From contig JAGVWJ010000010.1 of assembly GCA_018304385.1 (NCBI GenBank), positions 1-32,350 of the forward strand: a stretch of DNA of 32,350 nt. Reading direction: 5' to 3'. Positions 24,292 through 32,350 of the stretch are shown here, piece by piece. The stretch's first letter is position 1. Each line of letters opens with the position of its first letter. The translations under genes were made by a program, and so were the position numbers. Below the pieces are notes generated by a model. The model made no database searches, was not told the origin of the DNA, and saw only the letters and a list, made by a program, of their open reading frames with translations. The stretch is from Candidatus Micrarchaeota archaeon. GTDB lineage: Archaea > Micrarchaeota > Micrarchaeia > Anstonellales > Bilamarchaeaceae.

Positions 24292-25254
24292 TTATAGCGC
24301 GGGTAGGTAGTTTGTTTTGTAATTCTTAATCATCGTATAGTATTCGTATCTCTTTATGTCTTCGGGGAACTCTTTTTCAAATCCATCCATTATCAATATG
24401 AACTCTCTGAAATCCTTTACTTCTAAATCGAATTCAAAATGCGAAGTGATCAATGTTCTTTCTGTATATATAACGTTAGAGTGTGAAAGGATTCTCTGCA
24501 TTATCTGGCTATATCTTGCCATGTTGCTAAACCATAAATCTACTTTATAGTATTGATAACCTAATTTTTCATAATTAAGCATAGTCCTGAATCCTACAAT
24601 TACTTTCTTCCTTATTAATTGCTTTAGTCTATCTCTTGCAGTTACTACTGAAGTTCCTGATTTCTTTGCTATGTCTACTAATGATTCTCTAGCATCTGTA
24701 GAGATAATTGTCAATATCTTGAAATCCAACGCATCCATATCTTCTTTTCCTGTTTTTTGGGATATCGTGAATTGTAACTTTTCTTTGCCATCATTAGCCA
24801 GATAATTTCTGCTAAATTCAGTGTATCTGGTTTTTAGTGCTGAGTGATAGTTGGAAAAATAAACACCAAATTTTTCTATTAGCCCATACCAAAATTCTTC
24901 ATATTGCCAGGTATCCTTTACCCAAACATCAAAACTTATATGATAAATTCCTGTAATTCTGAAAAGAAGATTAACATTCTTATGATCTTTTAGATATTTT
25001 AGTAGTTCCTGTTTTTTAGTTTCCGGTATTCCTTCTGTCTGGATATAAAGACGAAATAGTAGAAATCCAAGCTTGGAATAATCTATGACCGTATAAAAAC
25101 CATCAATTATTTCATTCTCTATTAGTCTATCTATTCTGTATTTTACAGTATCCTTCTTAGTTCTGACTTTCTTTGCAAGTTCCGAGTAAGCCTGTCTGCT
25201 ATCCCCGTCCAGCTCACTTAAAATTTTTCTATCTAAAGAATCTAATTGGTACAT
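24292..25254 (-). CDS. Lrp/AsnC-family regulator with two tandem units
   Basis: 'LDSLDRKILSELDGDSRQAYSELAKK' and 'DALDFKILTIISTDARESLVDIAKK'. Same architecture as 8060..9043. Confidence 0.88.
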   Translation of the reverse strand: MYQLDSLDRKILSELDGDSRQAYSELAKKVRTKKDTVKYRIDRLIENEIIDGFYTVIDYSKLGFLLFRLYIQTEGIPETKKQELLKYLKDHKNVNLLFRITGIYHISFDVWVKDTWQYEEFWYGLIEKFGVYFSNYHSALKTRYTEFSRNYLANDGKEKLQFTISQKTGKEDMDALDFKILTIISTDARESLVDIAKKSGTSVVTARDRLKQLIRKKVIVGFRTMLNYEKLGYQYYKVDLWFSNMARYSQIMQRILSHSNVIYTERTLITSHFEFDLEVKDFREFILIMDGFEKEFPEDIKRYEYYTMIKNYKTNYLPAL

Positions 25255-25362
25255 ATTCCTATTTATTTAAGTAAACTAATTAAAAACTTTGTGTTTTTCT
25301 GAAAAATTGAGGTGGTATTTATTTATATAAGATTAGTTATAGTTTGTGTATCTTAGGTGATT

Positions 25363-26529
25363 ATGATGGTACAAAAATCAGTTGGAACGGATTCAGTAAA
25401 AAGATTAGGCTCACGAGAGGCGCAAACGCATCTAGATAAGCTTTTTGAAAAATTCGATAAGCCAAGACCAGTTCATTTAATTTCAACTGGCGGAACTATA
25501 GAATTCCAGTGGAATCGGAAAAAAGATTGTATGGCCATAGGAAGCGAGTCTGTACTTCCACCTTATATTCAGAGTCTTAAACCATATACTACGTTTGATT
25601 TTACTACAGTTTGTCTCAAAGATGGTCGCGAAATAACTCAAAAAGACAGAAGGAATATTCGCGACACTGTTTTAGCATCCTCACATGAAAGAATATTAAT
25701 AGCCCATGGCTGTTTTACTGCCCCCGATACAGCAGAGTATCTTTTGGATGAACTTCCTGCAAATCATGGTAAAACAGTGGTCGTTTTTGGATCCAAGGAT
25801 CCTTTTGCAGAATTGCTATCAGAGGGTCCATTTAATTTTGGATTTGCAACTGCTTGTTCTGAAATATTAGAACCAGGGGTATACGTCTCCATGGAGGGGA
25901 GAATATTTAGGGCTGGAGAAGTGAGCGTAAATAGTACAAGAGCATTTGAAGAAGGCGCTATAACCGCTGATGAAGCACAGCAGAGACTTGATAGCATTTT
26001 TGGAAAACTCAACAAACCAGAAACACTGCATGTAGTAAGGACTGGCGGTACAATTGAATCTAGGTGGGAACCTACGCTCGATACCGCAGTTACAGATGTA
26101 AATCCTTGGCTTCAGATATACCTAGAGAGAATTGGCCTGCAATTAAAGTTACAATTTACTACTGCCTGTCTTAAAGATAGTAGAGATATAACATACAGAG
26201 ATAGAAAACAAATTGTTGAAGCTATTACTTCATCTCAAGCTAAAAAAGTAATCGTTCCTCATGGAACATATACTATGGCTGACACAGGTCAGTTTATAAA
26301 TGAACGATTACCGGAAGATCATGATAAATCAGTTGTTCTTTTCGGAGCAATGATACCGTTAAATGGGTTTGTTCCTTCAGATGCACCGTTTAACTGTGGG
26401 TTTGCTACTGGTGCAGCCTTAGTTCTAAAAGCAGGGGTCTATGTTGCGATGAATACGCGACTCTTCAATGCTGAAGATGTTGAAAAGAACAGAAGTGAAG
26501 GAAGATTTGAAGAAGCAGAAAACCAATAG
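25363..26529 (+). CDS. Protein made of two tandem asparaginase N-terminal (catalytic-type) domains
   Basis: Two 'TGGTIE' motifs, 'LKDGREIT'/'LKDSRDIT', 'HGCFT'/'HGTYT' and 'GVYVSM'/'GVYVAM'. AGGTGA RBS favours the ATG at 25363. Confidence 0.8.
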   Translation: MMVQKSVGTDSVKRLGSREAQTHLDKLFEKFDKPRPVHLISTGGTIEFQWNRKKDCMAIGSESVLPPYIQSLKPYTTFDFTTVCLKDGREITQKDRRNIRDTVLASSHERILIAHGCFTAPDTAEYLLDELPANHGKTVVVFGSKDPFAELLSEGPFNFGFATACSEILEPGVYVSMEGRIFRAGEVSVNSTRAFEEGAITADEAQQRLDSIFGKLNKPETLHVVRTGGTIESRWEPTLDTAVTDVNPWLQIYLERIGLQLKLQFTTACLKDSRDITYRDRKQIVEAITSSQAKKVIVPHGTYTMADTGQFINERLPEDHDKSVVLFGAMIPLNGFVPSDAPFNCGFATGAALVLKAGVYVAMNTRLFNAEDVEKNRSEGRFEEAENQ

Positions 26530-27627
26530 TTATCTTATTATCTTTTTGATCTCTTCAATTCCAGCATCTGTCTTTATCCCAGTTTTAGTAAAATGTGTTC
26601 TCCCAGTCTTAAATCCTCTCGTCTTTAGCTTTTTTATTACATCATCAATCTTCGGCACACTCGTCTTAATTCTCTTGCAAGTTACATGTAAATCATAAAA
26701 ATAAGCTGGCATGTTAATTTCGTTAAGCATCAACTTAAGCTTTTTTTCTATCTCTTCTGCATGTTCGTATTTTCTTTTCTTGTTTAATTTAATCATACTT
26801 TCAAGAAATTTTTTATCATGCAATTCTCCTAACCAAACAGGCCCAGAATAATCAGTAGTTACTTTGCATAATTTACATTCATTTTGCATGCGTTTGCCGC
26901 TGCTGCGAAAACCACATTTATTGCAATAACTAATAAACCCGAATTTTTCAATATTCTGGTGTGCTTTAGCCGCGCCTTTCTCAATTTTTAATAAAACCTT
27001 TATGTAATGCCTATCAGAAAGCGAAAATAAAGGAATAGTGCCAAAGTCAAATTCGTTTGCGCTTTCAGCAATGCGTTTAATTAAAATCCTTGTTCCGGTT
27101 TCATGCGTAAATTCGTTATTAAGATTTTTACTATGATAATTTTTCAAGCATGCCTTTGCTTCTGGTCCGCAAAGTACGGCAGTATCAGTAGCAGTAACTG
27201 ATAAATAAAACTCTTTTTTCTTTACCTGACCATAAAAAGTGCTCCATAGATACGGTGCTGGGGTGCCAAATGGGTCGATCTCAACAAAATCATAAGAAAA
27301 AAAACCACTAGTAAAGTATTTTTCATATAGTTTTTTGATGGCACTCGCTTTTTTTATTTTATTTAGTTTTAAATTTCTTTTCAATACTGGAGTTGCAGCA
27401 TCATTTGCTTCTAGGAAATCAATCTTCGCTAAGTTTCTGTTTTCTTTAGCATAGCGAATACCCCGGATTCCGCTAGCAGAAAATGCATCTAAAACAGTTA
27501 GTTTTTTACCAATAGCACCAACTGCAAGAGAGCAAAAGCTTCTGCAGAATTGCATTTCTGGGTTATAGAATACGTTTTTGGCAAGATTAAAACTAATAGA
27601 CCCTTCTTTCATAATCTCACTTTTCAT
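26530..27627 (-). CDS. trm1: tRNA (guanine-26-N2)-dimethyltransferase
   Basis: 'VFYNPEMQFCR', 'DAFSASGIRGIRY', 'IDPFGTP', 'VTATD' and 'GPVWLGEL'. Confidence 0.95.
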   Translation of the reverse strand: MKSEIMKEGSISFNLAKNVFYNPEMQFCRSFCSLAVGAIGKKLTVLDAFSASGIRGIRYAKENRNLAKIDFLEANDAATPVLKRNLKLNKIKKASAIKKLYEKYFTSGFFSYDFVEIDPFGTPAPYLWSTFYGQVKKKEFYLSVTATDTAVLCGPEAKACLKNYHSKNLNNEFTHETGTRILIKRIAESANEFDFGTIPLFSLSDRHYIKVLLKIEKGAAKAHQNIEKFGFISYCNKCGFRSSGKRMQNECKLCKVTTDYSGPVWLGELHDKKFLESMIKLNKKRKYEHAEEIEKKLKLMLNEINMPAYFYDLHVTCKRIKTSVPKIDDVIKKLKTRGFKTGRTHFTKTGIKTDAGIEEIKKIIR

Positions 27628-28732
27628 CTAAAAATTCCCTCAACGCAACAGTTGCATAGCTTCCAGCAGGCAAAGAAAATTTAAAGGTATTATTTGAGAA
27701 ACTAAAATCTTTTAATTCAACTAACCATGCTCGTTTTGTTCCCTTAGAGCTGATCTCTGGTAAACTTCTTATTTTGAAATCCTCTTTTCTAATGCCCAAC
27801 TCATCAAGCAATTCATTTTCTCTTTTAGTTAATTCTGTTTCATACCCGATTATGTTTCCGTTTCCATCCGATTTTTCAACATTTTTTATTTTTTCAGATA
27901 ATAAAATGTTAAACATGTGACTTTGAAATGCATGGATAAATAAAAGCAAAATATTTCTTGGTAACTTTCTAAATGCGCCAGCAAAATCATTTTCATTTTC
28001 CGCAAGGTGTGCAATGACAGTTCGCTCTAGGCGAAGATGGGTTGGAAATTTTTTAAGTGCAGTCTCAAAATCACCAGTTGCCTGCAATTCTTTTCTTGCT
28101 AATTTTGCTTCAACATGCTCTTCTCCTTCTGAATCACAAATAAATGTCATCATTGCGTCCTTAAGTCTTGCACGAACTAATTTTTCTCCTATGATGTGCG
28201 TGTTTCTTCTAGTTGTACCAAATCTTTGCTCTCCAAAGTAATTTGGTATAGTACCATTTAACTCAGAGTAAATCCTATTTACAATTTCCTCTGCATTTTC
28301 TTTTACGCCTTCAACTTTAATTGTGAATCTATTTCCTAGTAAATCACCGAGCTTAACTTTATCGTTTGCGTACCAAGCGCCATTTATTCGAATGTCTTTA
28401 ATTTTTAATTGTTCAACTTCTTCTTTTTCAATTCCAAAGCATGAGCAAAGCTGGGTGCTAATTGCAATCTTATCTTTAGTTCCAGCAAAATTAAATCTTT
28501 TAAAACTTATGCATAATTTTTTTGCAATTGTTTTTATTGCATCGCTTGTGGACCAATCACGTTTTTGGAGAATAAAGTGGACAAATTTATTTTCCTTAGT
28601 TTCTTTTTCTATTTTTTTGTTTATCTCTAAAATCTCGCCACTAGTTGTAATCTCCTCAACGATAAAATCCTCTGGAGAATTTTTTATAGTGCCGCCTATC
28701 CCAGGAGTCTTAGATATGTAAGATAATTCCAT
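27617..28732 (-). CDS. truD: tRNA pseudouridine(13) synthase
   Basis: 'PEDFIVEE', 'FAGTKDKIA', 'GNRFTI', 'PNYFGEQRFG' and 'FSLPAGSYAT'. Confidence 0.95.
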   Translation of the reverse strand: MELSYISKTPGIGGTIKNSPEDFIVEEITTSGEILEINKKIEKETKENKFVHFILQKRDWSTSDAIKTIAKKLCISFKRFNFAGTKDKIAISTQLCSCFGIEKEEVEQLKIKDIRINGAWYANDKVKLGDLLGNRFTIKVEGVKENAEEIVNRIYSELNGTIPNYFGEQRFGTTRRNTHIIGEKLVRARLKDAMMTFICDSEGEEHVEAKLARKELQATGDFETALKKFPTHLRLERTVIAHLAENENDFAGAFRKLPRNILLLFIHAFQSHMFNILLSEKIKNVEKSDGNGNIIGYETELTKRENELLDELGIRKEDFKIRSLPEISSKGTKRAWLVELKDFSFSNNTFKFSLPAGSYATVALREFLDEK

Positions 28733-28737
28733 TTATA

Positions 28738-29184
28738 TCACCCGTTAACAATAAATTTTTCACAGTCTTCAAACTGAATCCTTTTATTTTCATTGTTAAG
28801 ATATATAAGAAGTTTTTCTATGTCCTTATTTTTGTAAAGGGCGACACTGTTTATTATCAGTACTAGAGTTCTTTCCTTATTATAAAAGTACAAATAATCT
28901 ATTTCATCAAATGATTTGGTATACAGAACTGTAGCGATATTTTTTATCTCTATTTTTTGTGGTTTTTCTATATTTTCGAAAATAGATGCCTTGTATAGTT
29001 CTCCACTTCCGAACATTATTGGGAATTTCTCGATAAAAAACCTTTGAAATATCTGTTCTAAGGACATGCCAGAAAACAAGACCATGGCAAAAAGCATACC
29101 CCCAAATATTACTAAAACAAAAAATAATGGAATTATTATAATTCCAGTATTATTTTTTCTAATTAACATACTATCTGAATTCAT
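28738..29184 (-). CDS. Hypothetical membrane-anchored protein
   Basis: N-terminal hydrophobic helix. ATGA overlap with the vapC stop. Confidence 0.6.
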   Translation of the reverse strand: MNSDSMLIRKNNTGIIIIPLFFVLVIFGGMLFAMVLFSGMSLEQIFQRFFIEKFPIMFGSGELYKASIFENIEKPQKIEIKNIATVLYTKSFDEIDYLYFYNKERTLVLIINSVALYKNKDIEKLLIYLNNENKRIQFEDCEKFIVNG

Positions 29185-29555
29185 ACTAACTTCAATCCTT
29201 TTATTCCTTCATATTTTTTTCTCTCTTTCGTGAATAAGAATGCATTATTTGAAATGCATATGGCAGCATTAAGAAAGCTATCCATATTTTTATGATTATA
29301 TCCTTGTTCTTTAGATTCTTTAATTAAACGTGCAGCAATACTTGCAGATTTTTTATCAAGATCAAGAATAGTTACACTATTTATTAGAGAACTTGCGATC
29401 TCTTGTTTTCTTATTGCAGATAATAATTGTATAAGCGCAAGCGTAGTTATGCAAATCTCTTCTCGATCCGCATAGTATCTTAATTTTTCTACTGCTGCTT
29501 TTTCACCGCGTAAAAAATCAATAGCTACCTCAGTATCCAAACATATCTTCTCCAT
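29181..29555 (-). CDS. vapC: PIN-domain (VapC-like) protein
   Basis: 'ICLDTEVAIDFLRG', 'LDLDKKSASIAA' and 'DSFLNAAIC'. GGAGG RBS upstream. Confidence 0.82.
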   Translation of the reverse strand: MEKICLDTEVAIDFLRGEKAAVEKLRYYADREEICITTLALIQLLSAIRKQEIASSLINSVTILDLDKKSASIAARLIKESKEQGYNHKNMDSFLNAAICISNNAFLFTKERKKYEGIKGLKLV

Positions 29556-29570
29556 CTGTTATACCTCCTA

Positions 29571-29657
29571 TTTTCTCATTCTTGCAAAGCCGTCGGTTTC
29601 TTTATGTTCTCTATAGGGACGTGGTCCATTGTTTCTCTTATGCCACGTCAGCCGTCT
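29571..29657 (-). repeat. Family B repeat, copy 4 (between vapB and vapC)
   Basis: Minus strand reads AGACGGCT-GACGTGG-N18-CCACGTC-CCTATAG-AGAACATAAAGAAAC-CGACGG-CTTTGCAAGAATGAGAAAA. Confidence 0.82.
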
Positions 29658-29686
29658 GATATATTCCTTATGCAAATAAAACCTAG

Positions 29687-29707
29687 GCTGATTGCTCATG
29701 GCCCACT
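29687..29707 (-). repeat. Family C heptamer array directly after the vapB stop
   Basis: Plus strand reads GCTGATT GCTCATG GCCCACT, which is TGAGC-sense on the vapB strand. Confidence 0.58.
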
Positions 29708-29711
29708 GCAA

Positions 29712-29939
29712 TCACACATACTTTCCCCACTCATGCATTCCTTTTTTTATTCCTTCCATTGCTTTTCTATCAAGGTCTTCATCATTAATACTACCTGCGA
29801 GTGATATTATATTCTTGCTTTCCTTTTCTTTTTCTTCCATTAAGTATCTAATTACTCCACTAAAACTTAATCCTTTGCTCCTTTTTATACGATATAACTC
29901 GGCGTATACATCGTCCATTATCGTTATTACTTTAACCAT
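29712..29939 (-). CDS. vapB: Putative antitoxin (DUF217/VapB-like)
   Basis: 'MVKVITIMDDVYAELYRIKRSKGLSFSGVIRYLM' is typical of archaeal DUF217 antitoxins. Start moved to ATG 29939 (RBS-like GGGCGAT upstream). Confidence 0.8.
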   Translation of the reverse strand: MVKVITIMDDVYAELYRIKRSKGLSFSGVIRYLMEEKEKESKNIISLAGSINDEDLDRKAMEGIKKGMHEWGKYV

Positions 29940-30211
29940 ATGATCGCCCCATGCATTGTGCTGATAAATGTATTTAGTAAATGCATTTAAATGTTTCACT
30001 CGATCTTTACGTCAGTGTGTTTTATTCTAAACAATTGCGAATTATTTTATCAGACGTAAAAACGAATGTATTTAAATCAAAAACTATCGACGTTACTAAG
30101 TTAAGTTCCTCTCGAAAAATTTAGACAACATGCACAAAGCTGTTATGGTTGAGGGGAACCTAACAAAAAAAGGCGACCACACGTGAAAACGTGTCCCAAA
30201 GGTGATTTAAA

Positions 30212-31294
30212 ATGGAAGATTTGGTAAAGAGTGTTATAGGAGAAAGTACTCCAGCAACAGATAGCAATATGGATGATGCTCTTAGTTCTGAGCAGATTAA
30301 GATTGTTACAGTTGGTGTTGGTGGTGCAGGAAATAATACAATAAATAGATTAGTCAAAGCAGGTGTAAAAGGTACTGACCTAATTGCAGTTAATACTGAT
30401 AAGCAACATTTGAATCTGATCCACGAGCGCTCGAAAAAGGTATTAATTGGTAAAAGTGTTACGCGAGGCTTAGGCGCAGGTGGTTATCCTGATGTTGGTA
30501 CAAAGGCAGCAGAAGTTGATCGTCCGCTAATTGAAAAAGAAATTGAAGGAGCACATTTAGCATTTGTATGCTGCGGTATGGGTGGCGGTACAGGTACAGG
30601 TGCTGCACCAGTTGTTGCACAGATTGCAAAAGAGCAAGGTGCAATTGTTGTTGCAATTGTAACTTACCCATTTAAGCATGAGCGTGTTCGATTGAAAAAG
30701 GCAGATGAAGGTATTAACAAATTAAAGAAATTCTGCGATTCAGTTATTATCTTGGATAACAATAGACTAGCGCAATTAGTTCCAAACCTACCAGTACAAG
30801 AGGCATTCTCAGTTGCAGATGAAATTCTATCACGTGCAATTAGTGGATTAGTCTGGACAATTACACAACCATCATTAATTAACATAGATTTCGCAGATGT
30901 TCGCGCAATCATGGAAGGCGGCGGTGTTGGTTTCATTGCAGTTGGCGAAGGTAAAGGAAATGACAAGGTAAGAAGCGCAAGCGAAGGCGTTATCAAAAAC
31001 AGATTGCTTGATGTTGATTTCGAAGGCGCAAAAGGTGCATTAATCCACATAACTGGTGGAAGCGATTTAACATTAGGTGATGCAATTAAAGCTGGCGAAT
31101 TGATTACAGAAAAAATGGACGCAGAAGCAAACGTAAAATGGGGCGCAAGAATAATGCAGAACTACGAAGGCAAACTAGAAATAGTTGCAATAGTTACAGG
31201 TGTTAAAGGCGCAAGCGTTGCAGGCGGCGGATTCCCAGAAGAGGAAACAAGCATGTTGCCTGTTTACACGTCAGACCTGGAAGTCCTTGGATAA
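30212..31294 (+). CDS. ftsZ: Cell division protein FtsZ
   Basis: 'VGVGGAGNN', 'RGLGAGG', '[12 protein letters not shown]' and T7 loop 'INIDFADV'. Confidence 0.97.
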   Translation: MEDLVKSVIGESTPATDSNMDDALSSEQIKIVTVGVGGAGNNTINRLVKAGVKGTDLIAVNTDKQHLNLIHERSKKVLIGKSVTRGLGAGGYPDVGTKAAEVDRPLIEKEIEGAHLAFVCCGMGGGTGTGAAPVVAQIAKEQGAIVVAIVTYPFKHERVRLKKADEGINKLKKFCDSVIILDNNRLAQLVPNLPVQEAFSVADEILSRAISGLVWTITQPSLINIDFADVRAIMEGGGVGFIAVGEGKGNDKVRSASEGVIKNRLLDVDFEGAKGALIHITGGSDLTLGDAIKAGELITEKMDAEANVKWGARIMQNYEGKLEIVAIVTGVKGASVAGGGFPEEETSMLPVYTSDLEVLG

Positions 31295-31330
31295 ATTCCA
31301 AGTTCTTTTTTTTCTTTTATTTTCTATTTT

Positions 31331-31816
31331 TTATAATATTTCGAATTCTCCAGTTTTTTTATTCTTTTTAACATTATTCCAAATAAAATATTTTCCATTC
31401 ATGCAGATATAAACACCGTTAGGTAATGCCTGAACAAAAGCTAATGCACTTCCTAGGTTGAATAATCCATCTGAACTTCCGAATTTGTATGGCACCATTG
31501 CGCCAGTCAACACAATTGTTTTATCCTTTATTGTTTGCCCAATGGCTTTTGCTGTTTCAGCCATCGTATCTGTGCCATGCGTTATAACTATTTTGTTTTC
31601 CTTTGTATTCTTGCAGTTCTCCAGAATAATTCGTCTGTCAGAATCATTCATATCTAAACTATCGACCATCATTAACGTTCTAATATCTAATTCGACCCTG
31701 CATCTTCCTAATTTTAACATTTCATTGATATGTGTTTCTTTAAAGAACAAAGTACCATCTAATTCATTATATTCTTTATCAAATGTTCCACCAGTTACAA
31801 AAATTTTGATATTCAT
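31331..31816 (-). CDS. Stand-alone asparaginase N-terminal-domain protein
   Basis: 'TGGTFDK', 'VDSLDM', 'HGTDTM', 'TGAMVP' and 'GVYICMNG'. Confidence 0.88.
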   Translation of the reverse strand: MNIKIFVTGGTFDKEYNELDGTLFFKETHINEMLKLGRCRVELDIRTLMMVDSLDMNDSDRRIILENCKNTKENKIVITHGTDTMAETAKAIGQTIKDKTIVLTGAMVPYKFGSSDGLFNLGSALAFVQALPNGVYICMNGKYFIWNNVKKNKKTGEFEIL

Positions 31817-31965
31817 ATTATCAACTATCCTGATCCTCCAAAAAAAGTCGGATCGATCTATTCACAACCAGACCAAAAAATATAATTGGTTGTGAATATG
31901 CGAAATCTACGAGGTAATAAAGGGCTAGGTACATTTATATTCTTTTCCTTGTATATCCTATCAAT

Positions 31966-31999
31966 TCAAACTTTCGGGTTGCCAAAGTTTGATCAAAAC
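31966..31999 (+). repeat. Family A hairpin element, intergenic copy
   Basis: TCAAACTTT-CGGGTTGCC-AAAGTTTGA-TCAAAAC. Confidence 0.68.
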
Positions 32000-32003
32000 G
32001 ATC

Positions 32004-32017
32004 GGCCAGGGCTCAAG
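32004..32017 (+). repeat. Short family C heptamer array before the second ftsZ
   Basis: GGCCAGG GCTCAAG (GCAGG). Only two units. Confidence 0.4.
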
Positions 32018-32030
32018 GCAGGTGAGATAT

Positions 32031-32350
32031 ATGTTTGATGATATTATTCAAGCTGCGAAACAAAATAACCAAACTGATTCTGTAGAACAAAAAGTAGTTG
32101 AACCTGTTGATGAATTTGATTCATCTAACGTTCGCATAAATGTAATTGGCGTGGGCGGAGCAGGCTGTAATTCTGTTGATAGGTTAATGCGACAGGGTAT
32201 AAAGAGTGCGAGAACAGTTGCAATAAATACAGATGGCAAACATCTAAAATTTGCAAATGCCCATAAGAAAATTTTGATTGGTAAAACAATAACACGAGGC
32301 TTAGGCGCAGGCGGATATATGGATGTTGCCAAAAAATGCGCAGAATTAGA
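32031..32350 (+). CDS. ftsZ: Second FtsZ paralogue, N-terminal part (runs off window; not in ORF track)
   Basis: Translated by hand: MFDDIIQAAK...RINVIGVGGAGCNSVDRL...AINTDGKHL...[35 protein letters not shown]. Confidence 0.95.
   Translation, partial: MFDDIIQAAKQNNQTDSVEQKVVEPVDEFDSSNVRINVIGVGGAGCNSVDRLMRQGIKSARTVAINTDGKHLKFANAHKKILIGKTITRGLGAGGYMDVAKKCAEL

Noticed and set aside
30006-30060. Inverted repeat TTTACGTC/GACGTAAA upstream of vapB
   Set aside because: Only 8 bp with a 39-nt spacer and the opposite arm order to family B. It could be an antitoxin operator, but the evidence is too thin.
1-32350. Autonomous mobile element, provirus or defence island
   Set aside because: No transposase, integrase, viral hallmark, restriction-modification or cas gene was recognised. 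Any mobiliser for families A and B would have to be encoded elsewhere.

Overview
AT-rich archaeal window, most consistent with DPANN/Micrarchaeota. The taxonomy is inferred from the archaeal-type ProRS C-terminus, the S-layer protein, the gins15-rpl44e-rps27e-aIF2alpha-nop10-PAC2 cluster, rpl40e, class III signal-peptide proteins, trm1/truD, two ftsZ paralogues and tandem-domain Lrp regulators. The ORF track misses much of the non-coding content. There are four complete tRNA genes (Gln-UUG, Thr-UGU, Leu-UAG, Ile-GAU) carrying seven introns, six at non-canonical positions, each with a bulge-helix-bulge or relaxed BHB structure I could reconstruct by hand. An orphan 3' half of a tRNA-Val(CAC) follows tRNA-Gln. 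Three small dispersed repeat families occur. Family A is a hairpin with a CAAAAC tail, found in intergenic DNA and inside two tRNA introns. Family B is an ~87-bp element with a covarying 7-8 bp stem, a constant 18-nt loop and a conserved 3' tail (4 copies plus 1 possible expanded variant). Family C comprises degenerate heptamer arrays (TGAGCnn/GCTCAnn) polarised relative to gene stops and starts. The families combine into composite inserts in conserved operons (rpl44e-rps27e, vapB-vapC). No transposase, integrase, CRISPR array or rRNA was seen. All structures were read by eye and need computational confirmation.
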